In this document: piece after piece, positions 53,636-63,111 of the stretch
Layout: each line of letters begins with the position of its first letter
Position numbering within the stretch: the stretch's first letter is position 1
Assembly (NCBI GenBank): GCA_965261595.1
Contig: CBDHDG010000004.1
Coordinates: 576,001 to 640,000, forward strand
Direction of reading: 5' to 3'
Length of the DNA: 64,000 nt
DNA from: a bacterium
Lineage (GTDB): Bacteria; UBA8248; JACPRG01; G963555815
Notes under the pieces: generated by a model
The model's database searches: none
Seen by the model: the letters and a program-made list of their open reading frames with translations, nothing else
What the model was told of the DNA's origin: nothing
Translations under genes and position numbers: made by a program

Positions 53636-54601
53636 ATGGCCCTCTACATGACCGAAGCCGACGTCGAAAAGCTCCTCGATATGCCCACGGCCGTCCGGGC
53701 GGTCGAGGAGGCGTTTCGCCTCCTCGGGGAGGAAAAGGCCGGAAATCAGCCCCGCCGGCGGGTCATGGCGGGAGAATCCGTCCTGCATTTCATGGCGGGG
53801 GGAGCGGCGGACCTGGGCGCTGTCGGAAAGGGGGCGACGGCCGTCAAGGTCTACACCACCTCGAAGCTCGGCCCCCGGTTCACGGTCCTGCTCTATGACA
53901 ACGACGGCGCGCCGCTGGCCGTGATCCAGGCCGGACGTCTGGGGCAAATTCGCACGGGCGCCGCGAGCGGCGTCGCCACCCGGCGCCTGGCCCGGAAGGA
54001 TTCCCGGCGCGTCGCCATCATCGGGACGGGATGGCAGGCGCGCGGCCAGCTCCTCGCCATCCGGGAGGTCCGGCCCATCGAGCGGGTCCGGGCCGTCGGG
54101 CGGGACGAAGAGCGCTGCCGCGCGTTCTGCGCGGAGATGGAAACCGCCCTCGGGATTCCCGTCGAGCCGGCGTCCTCCCCGGAGGACTGCGTGAAAGGCT
54201 CCGACATCGTCATCACGGCCACCAAGTCGAAAGACCCCGTCCTTTTGGGCGATTGGCTGCGCCCCGGCATGCACATCAACGCCGTCGGCTCCAACTGGAA
54301 CAACCGGCGGGAGATGGACACGCCTGCGGTCCTCGCCTGCCACCGAATCACGGTGGACACGATCGAGGTCGCCCGGCTCGAGGCGGGCGACCTGATCCTG
54401 CCCATCGAGGAGGGCGCGCTTTCCTGGGACCGGGTCGAGGAGCTGGGAGCGGTGGTCTCCGGCAAGCGCCCCGGCCGCGAATCGGACGACCAAATCACCC
54501 TCTTCTGCTCGCAGGGGCTCGCGCTGGAAGACGTCGTCGTCGGAAGGTGCGTTCACGAGGCGGCCGTCCGAGAGGGGGTCGGCGTCCCCTTCGAGCCTTG
54601 A
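53636..54601 (+). CDS. Ornithine cyclodeaminase / mu-crystallin family protein
   Basis: RTGAASGVA, IGTGWQA, HINAVGS and SQGLALEDV motifs. Confidence 0.93.
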   Translation: MALYMTEADVEKLLDMPTAVRAVEEAFRLLGEEKAGNQPRRRVMAGESVLHFMAGGAADLGAVGKGATAVKVYTTSKLGPRFTVLLYDNDGAPLAVIQAGRLGQIRTGAASGVATRRLARKDSRRVAIIGTGWQARGQLLAIREVRPIERVRAVGRDEERCRAFCAEMETALGIPVEPASSPEDCVKGSDIVITATKSKDPVLLGDWLRPGMHINAVGSNWNNRREMDTPAVLACHRITVDTIEVARLEAGDLILPIEEGALSWDRVEELGAVVSGKRPGRESDDQITLFCSQGLALEDVVVGRCVHEAAVREGVGVPFEP

Positions 54602-54623
54602 GGCCGATCCAGGCCCGGCCGTT

Positions 54624-55352
54624 TTGAAACCGGAGAACATGCACGTCATCCTCTTCGACATCGACGGGACCTTGATCCAGTCCGGCGGCGCGGGCCGGCT
54701 GGCGCTCGCCCGGGCGTTTGAAAAGGCCAACGACTGGAAAAACGCCCTGGACGGGATCACCCTGCATGGAAAGACGGACCCCGCCATCGTCGAGTGGGTC
54801 TATCTCCAGCGGCGAAATTCCCCCCCCACATCCGCCGAAACCGCCCGGATTTACGGTCTCTACCTCGGGGAGCTGGCCGACACCCTGGCGAAGGCCGAGG
54901 GTTTTCGGGTCCTGCCGGGGGTGGGGCGTCTTCTGGCCCGGCTCTCCGTGCGCGAAGACGCGATGACGGGCCTGGCCACCGGAAACATCGAGCGCGGGGC
55001 GCGCGAGAAGCTGCGGCGCGCCCGTCTGAACCACCGATTCGCCTTCGGCGGGTTCGGCTCGGACGCCAAGGAGCGCTCCGACATCATCCGGGCCGGCGTC
55101 GGGCGCGCGAGGGAGCGACTGCCGGGCGGGGTCGAGCCGTTGCTCTGGGTCGTCGGCGACACGCCCGCCGATGTCCAGGCCGGAAAAACGGCGGGCGTCC
55201 GAACGGTCGCGGTGTCCACCGGCGGGGCCAACGCGGAAACGCTTCGGGAAACCCGGCCCGATGTCCTCCTCGCCGATCTCGGCGACGCCGAAGCCTTCCT
55301 CTCGATGCTCGACTCGGCCGCGGAGCGCACGAGCCCGGCGGGGGCCTCCTGA
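54624..55352 (+). CDS. HAD-family hydrolase
   Basis: FDIDGTL, TGN and VGDTPAD motifs; the start may be ATG 54639. Confidence 0.92.
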   Translation: MKPENMHVILFDIDGTLIQSGGAGRLALARAFEKANDWKNALDGITLHGKTDPAIVEWVYLQRRNSPPTSAETARIYGLYLGELADTLAKAEGFRVLPGVGRLLARLSVREDAMTGLATGNIERGAREKLRRARLNHRFAFGGFGSDAKERSDIIRAGVGRARERLPGGVEPLLWVVGDTPADVQAGKTAGVRTVAVSTGGANAETLRETRPDVLLADLGDAEAFLSMLDSAAERTSPAGAS

Positions 55353-55407
55353 GAACGCCGCCCCCCCCCGCTCCCATCGACGGAACCTGCCTGAGAGGGT
55401 ATCTCCC

Positions 55408-56655
55408 ATGACCGCGAGCCTGCGAATCAACGCCAAACGAATCCGTAAAGACCTGGAAGACCTCGCCAAGATCGGCAAAACGCCCGACGGAGGCGTTCAC
55501 CGGCCGGTCTTTTCCCCCGATGAGCTCCGCGCGAGGAAGTGGCTCATCGCCCGGCTGAAGGCCGCCGGCCTCAAAACCCGGGTGGACGGGGCGGGCAACA
55601 TCTTCGGACGCCTGGAAGTCCCTGGAAAATCAGCGGCCGCCGTCCTCGCTGGCTCCCATATCGACACAGTTCCCAACGGGGGGCGGTTCGACGGCGCGCT
55701 GGGGGTCCTGTCCGTCCTCGAAGCCCTGCGGACGATTCAAGAGTCCGGGGCCGCGATTCGTCACCCGGTGGAAGTCGTCGCCTTCACCGACGAGGAGGGC
55801 CGGTTCGGCGGGCTCCTCGGGAGCAAGGCCTTCACCGGCGACCTGACGAAACAAGAGATCGAAGCGGCCCGGGATCCGCGAGGCGTCCGTCTCGCCGACG
55901 CCATGAAGAAGGCCGGCTTCCCGCCCGCCGCCGCGCTGAAAGCCCGCGCGAAACCCTCCGCGTACGGCGGGTACGTCGAGCTTCACGTCGAGCAGGGTCT
56001 CGTTCTCGAAGAATCGGGGGCCGAGGTCGGCATCGTGACGGGAATCGTCGGACTGTGGAAATTCGAGATCGCCTTCCACGGCCGCCCGGACCACGCCGGG
56101 ACCACACCCTTCCCTCTTCGCAAAGACGCCTATCTGGGGGCCGCCGAATTCGGCGCGGGCCTGCGGAAGCTCGTGCGCAAGCACGGCTCGCCCATCACCG
56201 TCGCGACCGTGGGTTACATCGAGCTTTCCCCCGGGGCCTCGAACATCGTCCCCGAAACGGCCCGGTTCACCGTGGACCTGCGCGACCTGTCGATGCCGGT
56301 CCTCGGCCGGATGCGCAAGGCGATCCGCGAAAACCTCCGGGAGATCGCCCGCAAACACGGCCTGAAGGTCACGATGGAGCAGACCTTGGAGGCCAAATCC
56401 GTCAAGATGTCGGCGAAAGTCCGCGGGGCCCTGCAACGGGCCTCGGAGCGGGTGGGCGCCCGGTGGCGGGACATGCACAGCGGCGCGGGCCACGACGCCC
56501 AGATCCTGGGCAAGTTCACGCCGGCCGGGCTCTACTTCATCCCCAGCGTCGGCGGCCGAAGCCACTGCCCCGACGAGCTTTCCCGGTGGAAAGACATCGA
56601 GACGGGGACGAACGTCATGCTGCATACGCTGTTGGAGCTGGCGGGGGCTCGATAA
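55408..56655 (+). CDS. M20 Zn-dependent hydrolase (allantoate / N-carbamoyl-amino acid amidohydrolase family)
   Basis: GSHIDTV, DG.LGV, DEEG.RF, ELHVEQG, HAGTTP and SGAGHDA motifs. Confidence 0.93.
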   Translation: MTASLRINAKRIRKDLEDLAKIGKTPDGGVHRPVFSPDELRARKWLIARLKAAGLKTRVDGAGNIFGRLEVPGKSAAAVLAGSHIDTVPNGGRFDGALGVLSVLEALRTIQESGAAIRHPVEVVAFTDEEGRFGGLLGSKAFTGDLTKQEIEAARDPRGVRLADAMKKAGFPPAAALKARAKPSAYGGYVELHVEQGLVLEESGAEVGIVTGIVGLWKFEIAFHGRPDHAGTTPFPLRKDAYLGAAEFGAGLRKLVRKHGSPITVATVGYIELSPGASNIVPETARFTVDLRDLSMPVLGRMRKAIRENLREIARKHGLKVTMEQTLEAKSVKMSAKVRGALQRASERVGARWRDMHSGAGHDAQILGKFTPAGLYFIPSVGGRSHCPDELSRWKDIETGTNVMLHTLLELAGAR

Positions 56656-56820
56656 GATTTGGTCGGTCTCGCAATCGTTACCTTATCTTACCTTATCGTT
56701 AGCTGATGAGATAAACTACTAATTTGCAAACACTAGAGAGTTGTCGAAGCGCGCGAAATTCGCCCTCTTTTCCGTGTAAAATAGGTACGTAATGGTGAGA
56801 GCCGAACATCTTCTTCTTCC

Positions 56821-58032
56821 TTAAGACAATTGCAAATCAGGGAAATGTATTCGCACCTGGTTATGGCCGATCAGTTGGTTGAACATTCTATAGTTGTCGG
56901 TATCCCTACGTAAGCGTCCTGCCACGATTGCGGGATGTATCCTGAGCTCATGTGCCAGCTCAACGATTTTACTTGGTGTACGCATTCGAAATGCGTCGCT
57001 TCGTCTCCACATTGATCTTGGGATGCAGGTTTCAAGGGCGAGTCTGGTGGCTTCTTTCTCTCTTCGGTCATTCTCTTGGACTGAATCCAGGTCATCGACA
57101 AACGACTCTTCTGAGTCTTTCAAATGCAGGATCACGTGCGCCAATTCATGCAACAAGGTGAACCAGAAATTATCGATTCGGTCATACCGGAGAGTGAGAC
57201 CGATAACCGGCCTGCCTTCACCCGTAAGCATTGCGCCGCCATCAAGATGGGTCCTTGGCAAATGCGACACAATGACTAAGGCTACGCCTTTTCCCGCGAG
57301 ATACTCCTGCGCGAGCAAGGGGCCCCTCGCCAATTCGCTCAAACAACAAATATCCTGCATGGACTCCTTTGTGAGCGTTCCCGGTTTATATTCTTGAAGA
57401 TGTTCCAGGTTCTTCGATACCATGATCACACGGGCTATCCATGCGAGAAGGGCATAATCATCCATACCGACCTTTGAACTCTTATAAATCGTACGGCGAC
57501 AAAATACTTGAGCGGGGATTCCCCTTTCCACTTTGTCGAAAAATTGTTGAACCAGCTCGGATGGGCGCTTGCGAAGACAATCGGCAGTCGCTGTTATCCA
57601 CCCCATTTTCACCATTTCACGAACCGGGAATCGTTCCCACTCGATTTCTAAACCGTTTAGAGGAGTCGATTTCGGTCTTTGCATCAAGACCTCCAGCGAA
57701 ATTCCCAATCCTTCATGGACGGCTTGAATCATCGGCAACGATAGAGGCCGTTTCCCGGAAAGGACCTCTGACACCCTGCCCTTACTCCCAATGTAGGGAA
57801 CAAGATCCTTCTGTCTCAATCCCTGCTCCTCCATCCGAAATCGAATGGCGTCAATGGCATTGGGTTTCTCAAAAGGGATGTGCTCCTTTTCGTAGAGTTC
57901 GACAAGCGTCGCCAAAAGCTCCAAGCGGTCCGCCTCCGGGGTCATTGCATCCGGATCATGGGCAACCAGGCGTTCCACTTCCCCCAGGAACATTTCATAG
58001 TCTTCTCTTGTCTTGATTACTCGGGGTTCCAT
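56821..58032 (-). CDS. higA: HigA-like HTH antitoxin fused to an ImmA/IrrE metallopeptidase domain
   Basis: FRMEEQGLRQKDL..IGSKGRVSEVL HTH and FWFTLLHELAH. Confidence 0.88.
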   Translation of the reverse strand: MEPRVIKTREDYEMFLGEVERLVAHDPDAMTPEADRLELLATLVELYEKEHIPFEKPNAIDAIRFRMEEQGLRQKDLVPYIGSKGRVSEVLSGKRPLSLPMIQAVHEGLGISLEVLMQRPKSTPLNGLEIEWERFPVREMVKMGWITATADCLRKRPSELVQQFFDKVERGIPAQVFCRRTIYKSSKVGMDDYALLAWIARVIMVSKNLEHLQEYKPGTLTKESMQDICCLSELARGPLLAQEYLAGKGVALVIVSHLPRTHLDGGAMLTGEGRPVIGLTLRYDRIDNFWFTLLHELAHVILHLKDSEESFVDDLDSVQENDRREKEATRLALETCIPRSMWRRSDAFRMRTPSKIVELAHELRIHPAIVAGRLRRDTDNYRMFNQLIGHNQVRIHFPDLQLS

Positions 58033-58045
58033 GTCACCCTCCTTC

Positions 58046-58327
58046 TCAAGACCACTTTTGGTGCTCCGCATGTGTTCCAACCCGTTTCACGAAGACAATC
58101 CCCGTTTTGAATGCGACTTGAATCTCCAAGCGATATCGATTGCCTTTCACGTTGAAAATGACGAAGTTATTGGCCAGGAAACTTGCGGCTCTATAGCGAT
58201 CCTTGATGTCCTGATCCCGTTTCCAGTCAGCGGCCTCCACATCGGCAATCCAATTCTCTATCCACGACCTCGCGTCTGCATGTTTCCTTGCAAAAGTGTC
58301 AAGCTTTTCCCGTCCGACGAGTCGCAT
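58046..58327 (-). CDS. higB: HigB-family toxin
   Basis: VIFNVKGNRYRL and VGTHAEH motifs; toxin lies upstream of the antitoxin. Confidence 0.9.
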   Translation of the reverse strand: MRLVGREKLDTFARKHADARSWIENWIADVEAADWKRDQDIKDRYRAASFLANNFVIFNVKGNRYRLEIQVAFKTGIVFVKRVGTHAEHQKWS

Positions 58328-58334
58328 GAGGTCA

Positions 58335-58388
58335 AATATAGATGGTTCCCAGAAAGATGTCAATTACATAGTTTCATATATTGGAACT
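58335..58388 (-). promoter_or_regulatory. higBA promoter (leaderless-type) and candidate operator
   Basis: TTGACA-17-TATATT ends 7 nt before the ATG; imperfect palindrome at 58370-58388. Confidence 0.6.
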
Positions 58389-58635
58389 TTTTCCATCTGG
58401 TGCGTCCGCCCCTTCACTTCATTCAAGCCGCTTTCGACCAATTTATTGGTAATGAGAGAGCAATGGCGGTTTATGGGAAGCGGTGTTCTGCTCGTCTGGC
58501 CGGATGGACACAGGCCCTGATCGGGGCTATTCTGGCTCTCGGTCTCGGGCGGCGGCGGCGGCGGCAAAACATTTATGAATGGTGTAACCCCTTTGATTTC
58601 ATTGGTGTTCCTCGCCCCGTTCCGGGTAATTATCC

Positions 58636-58664
58636 TTGACAGGGCGTTCGGTTCGGGCTAAACT
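58636..58664 (+). promoter_or_regulatory. Candidate sigma-70 promoter of the rplU operon
   Basis: TTGACA-17 bp-TAAACT. Confidence 0.65.
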
Positions 58665-58758
58665 CTCTAGCTTTGAGGGAGGGTGTTGTCGATTTTCGCC
58701 GACTGCAGGCGCGGACCGCTTGTTTTGGTGATTCAGGTCTTTCAAGGAGTCTGTTATC

Positions 58759-59067
58759 GTGTATGCAGTGATTGACTGCGGCGGGCATCAGTATCGCGTT
58801 GCCGAGGGCGAGATTATCCGTTTGCAGAAGATGGATGGAGAGGTGGGGGAGGCGGTGACCTTCTCGAAGCTGGCGGCGGTGGGCGCGGGCGAAGGGCTGG
58901 CCGTCGACGGCCTTGCGGGCGCTCACGTGAACGGGGTCATCGTGGAGCAGGGCCGCGCCCGTAAGATCATCGTCTTCAAGAAAAAGCGGCGGAAAAATTA
59001 CCGCCGGAAAAATGGCCACAGACAATCCTTCACCGCGGTGCGGATCACCGGTATCGCCACTTCCTGA
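58759..59067 (+). CDS. rplU: 50S ribosomal protein L21
   Basis: MYAVI..GG.QYRV and KKKRRKNYRRKNGHRQ. Confidence 0.98.
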   Translation: MYAVIDCGGHQYRVAEGEIIRLQKMDGEVGEAVTFSKLAAVGAGEGLAVDGLAGAHVNGVIVEQGRARKIIVFKKKRRKNYRRKNGHRQSFTAVRITGIATS

Positions 59068-59079
59068 GAGGAAACGGAC

Positions 59080-59349
59080 ATGGCGCACAAGAAGGCCGGC
59101 GGCAGCTCCCAAAACGGACGGGACAGCAGGGGAAAGAGCCTCGGCATTAAACGATACGGCGGCCAGATGGTGGGCGCCGGAACGATCATCGTGCGGCAAC
59201 GGGGATCGTCCTATCACGCGGGCGACGGCGTCGGAACGGGCGGCGACTTCACCCTGTATGCCCAGAGAGACGGCCGGGTTGAGTTCCAGACCCGGCGCGG
59301 CGGCCGAAAATTCATCCACGTCATCGAGGTTCCATCGGAATCGAGCTGA
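59080..59349 (+). CDS. rpmA: 50S ribosomal protein L27
   Basis: [16 protein letters not shown]. Confidence 0.98.
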   Translation: MAHKKAGGSSQNGRDSRGKSLGIKRYGGQMVGAGTIIVRQRGSSYHAGDGVGTGGDFTLYAQRDGRVEFQTRRGGRKFIHVIEVPSESS

Positions 59350-59361
59350 CCCCTCCAAAAA

Positions 59362-60366
59362 ATGTTTATTGACTCGGCGCGGATCACCGCACAAGGCGGA
59401 GACGGCGGCCGCGGATGCGTCAGCTTCCGCCGCGAAAAGTACGTCTCTCGCGGCGGTCCGAACGGCGGAGACGGCGGCGACGGCGGCGATGTCGTCCTCA
59501 AAGCGACTTCCTCCACCACCACCCTCCTTGAATTTCGGTACAGAAGCATTGTACTGGCCAAAAGAGGCGGACACGGCCGGGGTAAAGACCAGCACGGCCG
59601 AAGAGGCGAGGACACCCGGTTCGAGGTGCCCGCCGGAACGGTGGTGACCGACGAGGACACGGGCGAGGTCCTGGCCGATTTGGCCGAGGAGGGCCAGGAA
59701 GCCGTCGTCGCGCGCGGAGGCCTCGGGGGAAAGGGAAACGCCCGGTTCAAATCCTCGACCCACCGCTCCCCCCGATTCGCCCAGTCCGGCCTGCCGGGCG
59801 AGTCCAAGCCCCTCCTCCTCGAGTTGCGTCTGCTGGCCGATGTGGGCATCATCGGCGCCCCCAACGCGGGCAAGTCCTCCCTGCTGGCCCGGATCTCCGA
59901 TTCCCGGCCGCGGATCGCCGATTACCCGTTCTCGACCCTCGAACCCGTCCTGGGCGTCGTCCACGTCGGGGATTACGAGTCTTTCGTGGCCGCGGACCTT
60001 CCCGGCCTCATCGAGGGCGCCCATCAAGGCAAAGGGCTCGGCTCGCAATTCCTTCAACACGTCCGCCGCACGCGGGTCCTGCTGCACGTTGTCGAGATGC
60101 ACCCGCCCGAAGGCGCGCCCGCGGACACGTTTCGCAGCGTCTCGGCTGAACTGACACAATATGACGAGTCCATCGCGGACAAACCCGTTCTCGTGGCCGC
60201 CAACAAGATCGACCTCCCCGGCGCCCGCGAGGCCCTGGCGGAATTCATGCGGGCCGCGGGCCTGAGCGAGGTCTATCCCATATCCGCGGCGACGGGTGAA
60301 GGAGTTTCCGCGCTGCTGCAAGCCGTGCGCGGGGTCCTTTCCCGGGAAGAAGCGCCCGTCTCATGA
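59362..60366 (+). CDS. obgE: GTPase ObgE
   Basis: SFRREKY..RGGPNGGDGG, GAPNAGKS, DYPFST, DLPG and NKID motifs. Confidence 0.98.
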   Translation: MFIDSARITAQGGDGGRGCVSFRREKYVSRGGPNGGDGGDGGDVVLKATSSTTTLLEFRYRSIVLAKRGGHGRGKDQHGRRGEDTRFEVPAGTVVTDEDTGEVLADLAEEGQEAVVARGGLGGKGNARFKSSTHRSPRFAQSGLPGESKPLLLELRLLADVGIIGAPNAGKSSLLARISDSRPRIADYPFSTLEPVLGVVHVGDYESFVAADLPGLIEGAHQGKGLGSQFLQHVRRTRVLLHVVEMHPPEGAPADTFRSVSAELTQYDESIADKPVLVAANKIDLPGAREALAEFMRAAGLSEVYPISAATGEGVSALLQAVRGVLSREEAPVS

Positions 60367-61541
60367 AGAAGATGGAAAAAACCCGGAGCCGGCGCACCCC
60401 CGCCGGAGAGCCCTTGCGCAGAGACACGTTGGGGGGCTGCCGCCGCATAGTGGTCAAGGTCGGCAGCAGCGTCCTGGCCGGCCCGCGGCAAAGGGGATTG
60501 AACGCGGCCTCGATCCACTCCCTCGCCCGCCAGATCACCGGGCTTTGCCGGGAAGACCGTCAGGTCGTCCTCGTTTCCTCGGGGGCCGTCAGCGTCGGGA
60601 TCGAGGTCCTGGGCCTCAGAGGCTCCCCGAAGAACATGCCCCTGAAACAGGCGGCCGCGGGCGTCGGCCAGAGCCGGCTGATCCAGGAATACCAGCGGGG
60701 TTTTCAGGAAGAGGGAATCACCGTGGGCCAGATACTCCTGACGCATGACGACGTCCACCACAGAGAGCGCTTCCTCAACGCCCGGAACACGATATTCGCC
60801 ATGCTGGAGCATCACGTCCTGCCCATCGTCAATGAAAACGACACGGTGTCGGTGGAGGAGATCCGTTTCGGCGACAATGACACCCTCTCGGCTTTGATCG
60901 CCACCATGGTGGAAGCCGATCTACTCATCATCCTGACGGATGTCGAGGGGCTGTTCACGTCCAACCCCGCTACAAACCCGGAGGCCAAGCTCCTTCCGGA
61001 CGTGGACCGAATCGACGCCCGGATCGAGTCCATGGCGAAATGGGGAAAAAGCGAATTCGGGGCCGGCGGAATGATCACCAAGCTTCGGGCGGTGAAGACC
61101 GTATCGGAAGTGGGAATTCCTGTCGTGGTCACGGGCGGGCGCCGAGAGGGAGTCCTGCAATCCGTCCTGGCGGGGGAGCGGGTGGGGACGTTTTTCCACG
61201 CGGAACCCGCCCACCTGAGCGGCCGGAAGAGCTGGATCGCTTTCGCGCGGAGAGCGCAGGGAAAGATCATCGTGGACGAGGGCGCCCGCTCCGCCCTGAC
61301 CGAAATGGGGCGAAGCCTGCTTCCTTCCGGGGTGGTGGCGGTGGAAGGAACGTTCCAGTTCGGTGATTTGTCTGTGTGCTGCACCCCCAACGGGCGGGAA
61401 TTCGCCCGGGGTTTGGTCAATTACGGGTCCGCCGAGCTGGACCGGATCAAGGGCCAGAAGACCGGGGCCATTCAATCGATCCTCGGTTTCAAAGAATACG
61501 ACGAGGTCATCCACCGGGACAACCTGGTCCTTCTTCATTGA
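60363..61541 (+). CDS. proB: Glutamate 5-kinase
   Basis: VKVGSS, VNENDTV, FGDND motifs and a C-terminal PUA domain. Confidence 0.97.
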   Translation: MKKMEKTRSRRTPAGEPLRRDTLGGCRRIVVKVGSSVLAGPRQRGLNAASIHSLARQITGLCREDRQVVLVSSGAVSVGIEVLGLRGSPKNMPLKQAAAGVGQSRLIQEYQRGFQEEGITVGQILLTHDDVHHRERFLNARNTIFAMLEHHVLPIVNENDTVSVEEIRFGDNDTLSALIATMVEADLLIILTDVEGLFTSNPATNPEAKLLPDVDRIDARIESMAKWGKSEFGAGGMITKLRAVKTVSEVGIPVVVTGGRREGVLQSVLAGERVGTFFHAEPAHLSGRKSWIAFARRAQGKIIVDEGARSALTEMGRSLLPSGVVAVEGTFQFGDLSVCCTPNGREFARGLVNYGSAELDRIKGQKTGAIQSILGFKEYDEVIHRDNLVLLH

Positions 61542-61553
61542 GGCGATTGCGGT

Positions 61554-62294
61554 GTGAAATCCACCGATAATCCGGGCGAACGCGCGAGCCGCATCGGCAT
61601 TCTGGGGGGAACCTTCAACCCCATCCACACCGGCCACCTGGTGGCGGCCGAGGAAGTGGGAAGAGATTTCAACCTGGACAAGGTACTGCTGATTCCGGCC
61701 AATCTGCCTCCATTGAAGGAGCACGACGGCGTGATCACCTCGGAACATCGGCTCCGCATGGTCTCGCTGGCCGCCCGAAGCAATCCAAGGCTGGAGGCGC
61801 GGGACCTGGAAATCAAGCGGGGGGGCGTCAGTTACACCATCGACACCGTGCGCGCCCTCATCGAGGAAACCGGACCGTCCGCGGACTTCTTCTTCATCAT
61901 CGGCCAGGACGCCTTCCGGCACATCGGCGCCTGGCGTGAGGCGAAGGCGCTTTTCGCGTTGACCCACTTCATCGTCGTCAGGCGCCCGACGCTTTCGGTC
62001 GATGAGATGATCGGCCTTCTGGTTGATTCCATCCAATCGGAAAACGGAGAACCCACGTTCGTGCGCACGGGATACGACAATCAGGTTGCGGCGGACGGCC
62101 TTCGGGTGGAACCCCACGGCCGGGAAATCTGGTTGAAAGACATCCCCTACTTCGATGTCTCCTCCTCGCTAATCCGCAAACGGCTGGCCGAGCGGAGAAG
62201 CATTAAATATCTTGTCCCCGAACCGGTCGAGACCTACATTCTGGAGCACTTGCTGTATGCCCACTCAGCGGAGCCGAAAGTTGCCAAGTCCTAA
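61554..62294 (+). CDS. nadD: Nicotinate-nucleotide adenylyltransferase
   Basis: GGTFNPIHTGH, SYTIDT and VSSSLIR motifs. Confidence 0.97.
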   Translation: MKSTDNPGERASRIGILGGTFNPIHTGHLVAAEEVGRDFNLDKVLLIPANLPPLKEHDGVITSEHRLRMVSLAARSNPRLEARDLEIKRGGVSYTIDTVRALIEETGPSADFFFIIGQDAFRHIGAWREAKALFALTHFIVVRRPTLSVDEMIGLLVDSIQSENGEPTFVRTGYDNQVAADGLRVEPHGREIWLKDIPYFDVSSSLIRKRLAERRSIKYLVPEPVETYILEHLLYAHSAEPKVAKS

Positions 62295-62301
62295 AGGGAT
62301 C

Positions 62302-62721
62302 ATGATGGACGCGGAGGAGAGAGGGCTCCTGGCCTGCCGCGCGGCCTCGGACAGAAAGGCCCTGGACATCGCCGTCCTGGATTTGCGGGAGATATCGAGC
62401 ATCACCGACCTGTTCCTCGTCTGCTCGGGACAGAACTCCCGGCAGATGCGGGCCATCGCCGAAGAGATCGACAACCGGCTTTCCGAACGGGGGGTGGAGC
62501 CCCTGTCCCGAGAAGGGACCGGCGAGGGAAGTTGGCTCCTCCTGGATTACGACGACTTGGTGATTCACATCTTCAGCGAGGACGCGCGATTGTTTTATGA
62601 CCTGGAGCGCCTGTGGACCCAGGCGCCGCGGCTCACCCGGCTCGCGGGCGAGCCCATTCCGGAGCCGCAGGCAGCAGGAAAGCCGAGCCCGGCCGCGGCC
62701 CGAGCAGAAGGCGGTCCATGA
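62302..62721 (+). CDS. rsfS: Ribosome silencing factor
   Basis: KALDI.VLD, WLLLDY and FYDLERLW motifs. Confidence 0.96.
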   Translation: MMDAEERGLLACRAASDRKALDIAVLDLREISSITDLFLVCSGQNSRQMRAIAEEIDNRLSERGVEPLSREGTGEGSWLLLDYDDLVIHIFSEDARLFYDLERLWTQAPRLTRLAGEPIPEPQAAGKPSPAAARAEGGP

Positions 62722-63077
62722 ACAAGAAAACCGTCGAAAAACATCGCCGGAAACTGATTGGGATTCGCCGCTCCCTCATGGGCGACGTCGGCGCGCGAAT
62801 GCGCGAAAGCCAGGAAATCGGCGACGACGGCATCCAGGACATCGCCGATCAAGCAACCGGCATCAACACCCGCCAGATCCTGATCGGCTTAGGCGAAAAG
62901 GAGAGAGACCAGCTCAAGCTGGTCGATCTGGCCCTGGAGAAGATCTCCCGCGAATCGTACGGGATCTGCGATCAATGCGAAGAGAAAATCCCGGCCAAGC
63001 GCCTGGAGGCCATGCCTTATGCGCGTCTTTGCGTCCCCTGCCAAAGCGAGGCCGAACGGTCGCCCGGTGACATGTGA
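62718..63077 (+). CDS. DksA/TraR C4-type zinc finger protein
   Basis: DIADQA and YGICDQC...RLEAMP..RLCVPCQ. Confidence 0.93.
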   Translation: MNKKTVEKHRRKLIGIRRSLMGDVGARMRESQEIGDDGIQDIADQATGINTRQILIGLGEKERDQLKLVDLALEKISRESYGICDQCEEKIPAKRLEAMPYARLCVPCQSEAERSPGDM

Positions 63078-63111
63078 CGCTCCGGCGCCCTTTCGGCCCT
63101 GAAGGCGGGGG

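Noticed and set aside
58548..58565. (GGC)n microsatellite
   Set aside because: Short, intergenic and unremarkable at this GC content.
58630..60321. 563-aa minus-strand ORF, and similar long ORFs at 53408, 38670, 40306 and 60921
   Set aside because: Antisense to well-supported genes; long open frames are expected in GC-rich DNA.
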